From an uncultured bacterium (GTDB taxonomy: Bacteria > Lernaellota > Lernaellaia > Lernaellales > Lernaellaceae), in the NCBI GenBank assembly GCA_964534375.1, contig CAZHPN010000141.1, forward strand, positions 1-16,633: 16,633 nucleotides of DNA. Direction: 5' to 3'. The notes under the pieces are model-generated. The model did no database searches. It was given only the letters and a program-made list of their open reading frames with translations, and was not told the origin of the DNA. Of the stretch, positions 6,981-16,633 are shown piece by piece (position 1 is the first letter of the stretch; each line of letters opens with the position of its first letter). Position numbers and translations under genes: made by a program.

Positions 6981-7652
6981 ATGCGCGGCAAGGACAAACG
7001 GTTGACGGTTCATCCGGAGCGGCAGATCGACGAAGCCGTGACCTGGTTGCGCGACCATAAGGACCGGATGGAAACCGAGCTGACGTTGCGCGCGAAGGAG
7101 ATCGGCGATTACCTGATTCATCATTTCTTTCACGACGATCTGACCGAGCTATCGTCGCAGAACCCCGCGAAAAACGTGTCCTTTAAGAAGCTGTGCGAAC
7201 GGACGGACCTGCCGTTCGCCGAGTCGGCGCTGCGGCGGTTCATTCACGTCGCCGTGAATTTTCGCTTCCTGCCGGCGGAACAAGCCCGGGAATTGCCGCC
7301 ATCGCACCACAGCGTGCTCTACCAGGTGGCCGACCCGGCCGAGCGGGCGCGGATCGGCGCGGACGCCGCCGAACGGGAAGTGTCGGTGCGCAAGCTGCGG
7401 GAGATGGTCAAGGGCAAGGGGCGGCGCCGGCCGGGCGCGGGGCGGAAGCGCGAGTCGGAATTCCACAAAAATTGGCGGCAGGTCGTGCAGGCGATGGAGA
7501 AGCTCTCGCGGGACCTGGAGGGCGAGGTCGTGCTGGATCGCGAGCAGTTCGACGAGGTCTGGCGGGAGACGCGCACGGTCCACGACCATCTGAACAGAGT
7601 GATCGACCGCATCCTGGAAGCGCCCCAAAACCAGCGTGAGAAAAAAGATTGA
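6981..7652 (+). CDS. Uncharacterised putative DNA-binding protein, DUF1016_N (YhcG N-terminal)/ParB-HTH-like (223 aa)
   Basis: GGAGG RBS before ATG 6981. EIGDYLI ... SFKKL ... LPPSHHSVLYQVADPAER ... SVRKLREMV resembles the DUF1016_N pattern (EIG...LSWSH...SVRxL). Basic RRRPGAGRKR segment and helical C-terminus. No PD-(D/E)xK nuclease domain seen. Confidence 0.6.
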   Translation: MRGKDKRLTVHPERQIDEAVTWLRDHKDRMETELTLRAKEIGDYLIHHFFHDDLTELSSQNPAKNVSFKKLCERTDLPFAESALRRFIHVAVNFRFLPAEQARELPPSHHSVLYQVADPAERARIGADAAEREVSVRKLREMVKGKGRRRPGAGRKRESEFHKNWRQVVQAMEKLSRDLEGEVVLDREQFDEVWRETRTVHDHLNRVIDRILEAPQNQREKKD

Positions 7653-7701
7653 CCGGTGAGCCGGAGTGGCTATTTATTTAATGTAAATAAGGACAGACCA
7701 C

Positions 7702-10275
<2,574 letters not shown>

Positions 10276-10277
10276 GA

Positions 10278-10437
10278 AGAAGTCGGAAGTCAGACGTCAG
10301 ACACTCGAATGTTGAATGGAGAATGGAGAATTTCGGGCGGCCTCGCCAATTCCCCTTTTCATTCTCCATTCCCCATTCTGCGTCGTCCGACCGAAACCGG
10401 GTCCTTACGGCGCAAGCCCTTCCGACTTCTGACTTCT
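10278..10437. repeat. Nested inverted heptamer arrays downstream of clpB
   Basis: Outer arms AGAAGTC GGAAGTC AGACGTC (~10278-10298) and CTTCCGA CTTCTGA CTTCT (10419-10437). Inner arms (GAATGGA)n ~10307-10331 and (CCATTCY)n ~10349-10378. Confidence 0.75.
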
Positions 10438-11836
10438 GAGCCTCTTGCACAAATCCTGAGAATTTTATGTCTTGCTGTCGGTCAGCGGCTCAGTTGACCC
10501 AAATGTGGCGCACAGCCGGGCGGGACGGTGGCTCGGGGTGGAATTTGGGCGGTCCGAGGCGGACCTCCCACGTCGCGGCGGGAGACGGCAAGTTGTCGGG
10601 CCGGGCGGCGGCTACGTGATCAGCCGCAGCAGGCGGTCGGCGCACAGGGCGAGGATGCCGAACATCAGGTGCGCCATGACCTTGACCGCGCCGCGCACGC
10701 GCACATGGCGCCTGCCGAAGTTGTCCTGCAGGCCGGAGTTGCCGCGTGCGGCCGTCGTGCGTTCGGCGAAGCGGCGCGCGATCGCCGGGTCCATCGGCAG
10801 CATCTCGCCGCGGCGTTTTTGGCGATCGATGATGGGCACGTGGCCCAATTTGCGGCAGGACTCCCAGATTTCGTGCGCGTCATAGGCCGCGTCCATTAAT
10901 TGGTGGAGGCTGAAAACGCGCTCCTCGGTCATCCGCATCAGCGGCAGCGCCGCTCGCTTGTCGTGCAGTGAGGCCGAGGTGAGCAGGCGACTGACGGGGA
11001 TTTCGCCGTCGGCCCAGTCCACGTGCAGCTTGTAGCCGATCCAGTAATTCGTGTGGCCCTTGCTGTCGCGCTTGCAGCCGGCGTCGCAAAGCACGGGCAA
11101 TTCCGCCACCATCTCCGCGAGTTTCATTCCCGCGGCCTGCCGCTGTAGGCGCGTTGGTTCTTTCGGCGGCGGGGTCTCGCCGTTTTTGCGCCGGCCCCGG
11201 CGAGATTTTTTCGGGCTCGCCGCCGGCGCCGGACGCGGTCTGCGCGCGCGTTTCTCGCGGGCTTTGATCGCCGTCGCATCGCGCGAAATGTGGCCGACCA
11301 ACCGGGATCGGAGATGTTGCGCAATCAGCGCCGCGTGCACGCGTTGCGGCAACTGGCCCGCGGCGAACGCGGCGAAAGCCCGCGAGAACGTGGCTTCGCT
11401 CGGCACGTCGCCGCGCCGTTCCCAACCGCAGATCCGCCGCAATGTCGCCGCGCTGCGCAACTGGTCCAACAGCGCATGCGTCGTCGGCAGGTTCAGCACG
11501 GCCTTCGCCACGAACGCCCGCGCCAACGGCCGCCGATCTTCGTCCGGCCGGCCGCGCCAGCCTCGCGGCGGCGCGGCCACGAATTTTTCGATCCGGATCA
11601 CATCCAGCAGGACCGTCAATTCCCGTTGCTTCGGCGTGGGCGGAGCGATCTCTTCCCCGACCACTGGCAACAGGACCCGTTGAATTTGCGACCAAATCGT
11701 GGATAATGCCGCCATTGAGTTGCTTTCCTGTAGGGTTGTTGTGCAAAATCATCCTACGCTGGGAAGGCAACTCGATCCGTCAAAATCGGCTCCGACCCAA
11801 AGAAAATCCGACAAAATCCATTTTTTCAAGAGGCTC
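10438..11836 (-). mobile_element. Insertion sequence (1399 bp), IS4/IS5/IS1182-like DDE element
   Basis: TIRs GAGCCTCTTGCACAAAT (10438-10454) and reverse complement GAGCCTCTTGAAAAAAT (11820-11836), 15/17 identical, enclosing one transposase. No clear target duplication. Confidence 0.88.
10612..11715 (-). CDS. DDE transposase (367 aa), probably catalytically impaired
   Basis: LRRICGW..VPSEATFSR (DUF772-like), SRDATAI, GYKLH, SASLHD, LMDAAYD and VRGAVKVMAHL. The position expected for the catalytic E reads A (RTTAARGNSGLQ). Confidence 0.9.
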   Translation of the reverse strand: MAALSTIWSQIQRVLLPVVGEEIAPPTPKQRELTVLLDVIRIEKFVAAPPRGWRGRPDEDRRPLARAFVAKAVLNLPTTHALLDQLRSAATLRRICGWERRGDVPSEATFSRAFAAFAAGQLPQRVHAALIAQHLRSRLVGHISRDATAIKAREKRARRPRPAPAASPKKSRRGRRKNGETPPPKEPTRLQRQAAGMKLAEMVAELPVLCDAGCKRDSKGHTNYWIGYKLHVDWADGEIPVSRLLTSASLHDKRAALPLMRMTEERVFSLHQLMDAAYDAHEIWESCRKLGHVPIIDRQKRRGEMLPMDPAIARRFAERTTAARGNSGLQDNFGRRHVRVRGAVKVMAHLMFGILALCADRLLRLIT

Positions 11837-11880
11837 TACTGACTACTGGCTGCTCCTACTTCCGACTCGCCACTTCCTCC
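11837..11880. repeat. Continuation of the degenerate CTWCTGA heptamer array on the far side of the IS
   Basis: TACTGA CTACTGG CT... CTTCCGA CTCGCCA CTTCC has the same unit and orientation as 10419-10437. Confidence 0.55.
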
Positions 11881-11949
11881 TCACCCTTGACCGCGGCGCG
11901 GTTGCGCCCTATACCATCTTCCGACTTTTTGCTGGCTCAGGAGGCAATC

Positions 11950-12600
11950 ATGTTGCAGCGCCGCATTGCGTTGGTTCTCGTGTGCTTGTGGGCTTTTTTG
12001 GTGCTGGGCGTCGCGTTGGCGTTGGCCGACGGGCCCGTCAGTTCACAGCTGACGGCGAACGAGATGGCCCAAGTCAAAAGCGGTCAAATCGTCGTCAAGA
12101 ACAAGATTGAGAAAGGCGCCGACCAGGGCTACGGCGTGGCCTACGGGATCATCAAAGGCACGCCGGAAGACTTCTGGAAAGTGATCTTCGATCACGAGCA
12201 CTACATGGATTTTTATCCGCGGCTGAAAGGCGTCACCATCGTCGAGCGCACCAAGAGCAAAGCGGTGATTTCGTTCAAAATGGACGCGACGATCAAGACG
12301 CTCGACTACACGACTATCGGCACCGTCACCGACGACCGCTTGCGCATGGATTGGGTGCAGGACGAAACGCGGCCGCACAAGTTTTTCAAGAAAAACGACG
12401 GCTATTGGCAACTCGAACAGCTTGAGCCCGGCGTGCTGCTGGTCGAATACAAAGTGCTGGTGGCGCTGGACCTCGGCCCGTTTTCGGGCGTGGCGAGCAA
12501 GATCGTCAACATGATGGCGAAAGACGACCTGCCCGACGTGGTCGACTGCACCCGCAAGCGCGTCGAATCCGGCGGCACGTGGGTTCGGCCCAAGAAATAA
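11950..12600 (+). CDS. Secreted SRPBCC/START (polyketide cyclase-like) family protein (216 aa)
   Basis: AGGAGG RBS and signal peptide. PEDFWKVIFDHEHYMDFYP, KNDGYWQLE and LLVEY with a C-terminal helix are typical of SRPBCC. Confidence 0.8.
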   Translation: MLQRRIALVLVCLWAFLVLGVALALADGPVSSQLTANEMAQVKSGQIVVKNKIEKGADQGYGVAYGIIKGTPEDFWKVIFDHEHYMDFYPRLKGVTIVERTKSKAVISFKMDATIKTLDYTTIGTVTDDRLRMDWVQDETRPHKFFKKNDGYWQLEQLEPGVLLVEYKVLVALDLGPFSGVASKIVNMMAKDDLPDVVDCTRKRVESGGTWVRPKK

Positions 12601-12612
12601 CGGGTTTCGGCG

Positions 12613-14408
<1,796 letters not shown>

Positions 14409-14409
<1 letters not shown>

Positions 14410-14473
14410 GTGAGCAGTGGCCAGTGGCCTGTGGTCAGTTGCTGAATGTGGGAGCAGGCCCCCGTGCCCGCCC
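14409..14473. repeat. Heptamer array followed by a REP-like motif
   Basis: AGTGAGC AGTGGCC AGTGGCC TGTGGTC AGTTGCT (14409-14443), then GTGGGAGCAGGCCCCCGTGCCCGCCC (14448-14473), resembling a degenerate GTAG-type REP. Confidence 0.5.
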
Positions 14474-14493
14474 GGCGCCCAATTGAGGTCCTC

Positions 14494-15528
14494 ATGAGTT
14501 TCGACACCGTTCGCTACGAAGGCGACGCGGTCGTGATGATCGACCAGCGCAAATTACCGCTGGAAGAAACCTACGTGCGGCTGACCGCGCCGGAAGACGT
14601 GGCGCGGGCCATCACCGACATGATCGTGCGCGGGGCGCCGGCGATCGGCGACGCGGCCGCGTTCGGCCTGGCGCTCGGCGCGCGGCACGCCGCGGACGCG
14701 GGGTTTGATGCGCGCTGGCGCGAACTATGCGCGCTGTTCGTTGCGGCGCGGCCGACCGCGGTCAATCTCGCGTGGGCCGTGCAAAGAATGAACCGCGCTT
14801 TCGAGCGCATGCGCCCGCAAGGCCTTGCGGCGACGCGCAACGCCCTCGATGCGGAAGCGCAGGCGATCTGGGAAGAAGACGTCGCCGCGTGCCGGGCGAT
14901 GGGCGCGCACGGCGCGGCGCTTATTGCCGAAAAGGCGCGCATCCTGACCCACTGCAACGCCGGCGCGCTGGCCACCGGCGGCTATGGAACGGCGCTCGGC
15001 GTGGTGCGCGCGGCGCACGAGCGCGGCAAGGTGACGATGGTCTTCGCCGACGAAACCCGGCCGTTCTTGCAGGGCGCGCGGCTGACGGCGTGGGAACTGG
15101 CTGCCGACAACATTCCGGTCACGCTGATCTCCGACAATATGTCCGGCCACCTGATGGCGCGCGGCGAAATCGACCTGGCGGTGGTCGGGGCCGATCGCAT
15201 CGCGGCCAACGGCGACGTCGCCAACAAGATCGGCACCTACATGGTTGCAGTGCTTTGCCATCGGCACCATCTGCCGTTCTACGTGGCGGCGCCGCTTTCG
15301 ACGATCGACCTGGCCTGCCCCGACGGCGCGCACATCCCCATCGAAGAGCGCCCGGCACGCGAGGTGACGCACGTTTTCGATCGCACGCCGGTCGCCCCGG
15401 CGGGCGTGCCCGTGCGCAACCCGGCCTTCGACGTGACGCCGGCGGAACTGGTGACGGCGATCATCACCGAAAAGGGCGTCGCGCGCCCGCCGTACGCAAT
15501 TTCACTCCCCGCGCTTTTCGCGAAGTGA
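14494..15528 (+). CDS. mtnA: S-methyl-5-thioribose-1-phosphate isomerase (344 aa)
   Basis: [81 protein letters not shown] before ATG 14494. Confidence 0.97.
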   Translation: MSFDTVRYEGDAVVMIDQRKLPLEETYVRLTAPEDVARAITDMIVRGAPAIGDAAAFGLALGARHAADAGFDARWRELCALFVAARPTAVNLAWAVQRMNRAFERMRPQGLAATRNALDAEAQAIWEEDVAACRAMGAHGAALIAEKARILTHCNAGALATGGYGTALGVVRAAHERGKVTMVFADETRPFLQGARLTAWELAADNIPVTLISDNMSGHLMARGEIDLAVVGADRIAANGDVANKIGTYMVAVLCHRHHLPFYVAAPLSTIDLACPDGAHIPIEERPAREVTHVFDRTPVAPAGVPVRNPAFDVTPAELVTAIITEKGVARPPYAISLPALFAK

Positions 15529-15645
15529 CGCCGGCCGCAGCCGGGCGTCGCCCTGTTGCGGACCGCGGCGATTCGCTAAGATGTCGCCAACATGCGACGC
15601 GAATTTCCGGGCGAGGACATCGCCGGATAGAAACGGAGGTTGCCC

Positions 15646-16476
15646 ATGGACCTGTCGGAATTGAACGAAATGGACCCCTGGGATTGGCCGGAGGACGCCG
15701 ACCAGACGATTCTCGCCGTCCTGCACAACAAAAAAGCGCCGGAGGCGGAACGCCTGCTCGCCTGCGAATTGGGCGGTGATTTCCTGGTCGCCAGCGACGA
15801 GATGGCCGCGGCGATGCTGGCGCTCCTCGAAGACGCCGGCGAGCCGGCGGCGCTGCGCGGGCAGGCCGCGATTTCTCTGGGGCCGGCGCTGGAATCCATG
15901 GAAATTGACGAGTATGACTTTCCCGACGATGGCCCGCCGCTCTCCGACGCGATGTTTCGCCGCATTCAGGACACCTTCCGCAAGCTTTATCAAACCGCGG
16001 ACGTGCCGAAACTCACGCGGCGACGGATTCTCGAAGCGTCGGTGCGCGCGGAGGCCGATTGGCACGCGAACGCCATTCGCGCCGCGTATGTCAGCGGCGA
16101 CGACGAATGGAAGCTGACGGCGGTCTTCGGCATGCAGCACGTCGACGGCTTCGACGCACAAATCCTCGAAGCGTTGCAGAGCGCCGACAAGGAAATCCTG
16201 TTCGAAGCGGTGCTCGCCGCGGGGAGCCAGGGGCTCGCCGAGGCGGCGCCGATCATTTGCAAGTTGGCGAAGTCGAACAGGACCGAAAGATCGCTGCGGC
16301 TTGCGGCGATCGAGGCGCTCGGCGGCATTCCCTGCGACGACGGCGAGGAAATTCTGCTGGATTTGTCCACGTCCACCGATGAGGAAATCGCCGAAACAGC
16401 CGACGAGGCGTTGGCCATCTCGGGCGCCCTGGTCGAACTCGACGGGGACTACGACCCCGAAGATGTGGAAGATTGA
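15646..16476 (+). CDS. Acidic HEAT/PBS-lyase-like repeat protein (276 aa)
   Basis: GGAGG RBS. Repeated helical units LRGQAAISLG, WKLTAVFGM, ILFEAVLAAG, LRLAAIEALG and IAETADEAL. Confidence 0.8.
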   Translation: MDLSELNEMDPWDWPEDADQTILAVLHNKKAPEAERLLACELGGDFLVASDEMAAAMLALLEDAGEPAALRGQAAISLGPALESMEIDEYDFPDDGPPLSDAMFRRIQDTFRKLYQTADVPKLTRRRILEASVRAEADWHANAIRAAYVSGDDEWKLTAVFGMQHVDGFDAQILEALQSADKEILFEAVLAAGSQGLAEAAPIICKLAKSNRTERSLRLAAIEALGGIPCDDGEEILLDLSTSTDEEIAETADEALAISGALVELDGDYDPEDVED

Positions 16477-16633
16477 CGAACGGTCCGGCTTTCGCAGCGT
16501 CATTGCCGGCGACCGTCCGTGGGCATTTCGACAATCCGGTTGATTCGACGACGCGCCTCGGCCCGTGCTCGGCGTGCGCAGCCATTTCGGAAGTCAGCCG
16601 AGCAGTAACCCGTAAAGTCCTTATCTAGCCCCG

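Noticed and set aside
6981..7652. Full YhcG/DUF1016 nuclease or defence gene
   Set aside because: No PD-(D/E)xK C-terminal domain is visible; only N-terminal-like motifs are present.
6758..7701. CIRCE, HAIR, CtsR-box or sigma32 promoter in the heat-shock module
   Set aside because: No TTAGCACTC-N9-GAGTGCTAA, CTTGAGT-N7-ACTCAAG, tandem GGTCAAA or CTTGAA..CCCCAT match found by eye.
11887..11917. Promoter TTGACC-N17-TATACC for the SRPBCC-lepA-mtnA genes
   Set aside because: Plausible, but the -10 lacks the conserved final T at this spacing; too weak to list as a feature.
16477..16633. Possible RNA gene or element at the right edge
   Set aside because: No tRNA cloverleaf, terminator or TIR recognised; only an isolated GGAAGTCAG heptamer-like fragment.

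Overview
GC-rich bacterial chromosomal region; the lineage cannot be fixed from the sequence alone. Left to right: a probable IS terminus at the left edge, efp with a non-canonical PGNLR tip, a divergent prokaryotic pentameric ligand-gated ion channel (pLGIC) homologue with an extra N-terminal region, a DUF2914 protein, an atypical SDR, a secreted 7-repeat FG-GAP/VCBS protein and an ACT-domain protein. A heat-shock module follows: hsp20 divergent from an uncharacterised DUF1016_N/ParB-HTH-like gene plus clpB, with back-to-back promoters and palindromic operator candidates. Then come a complete 1.4-kb DDE IS with TIRs whose catalytic Glu appears lost, a secreted SRPBCC protein, lepA, mtnA and a HEAT-repeat protein. 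Several intergenic regions carry degenerate heptamer tandem repeats arranged as inverted arms; the IS sits inside one array and a perfect 19-bp inverted repeat brackets the pLGIC gene. Best candidates for novelty are the putative new heat-shock regulator/operator system, the unusual pLGIC and the heptamer-repeat element family. All family assignments are by eye, without database searches.
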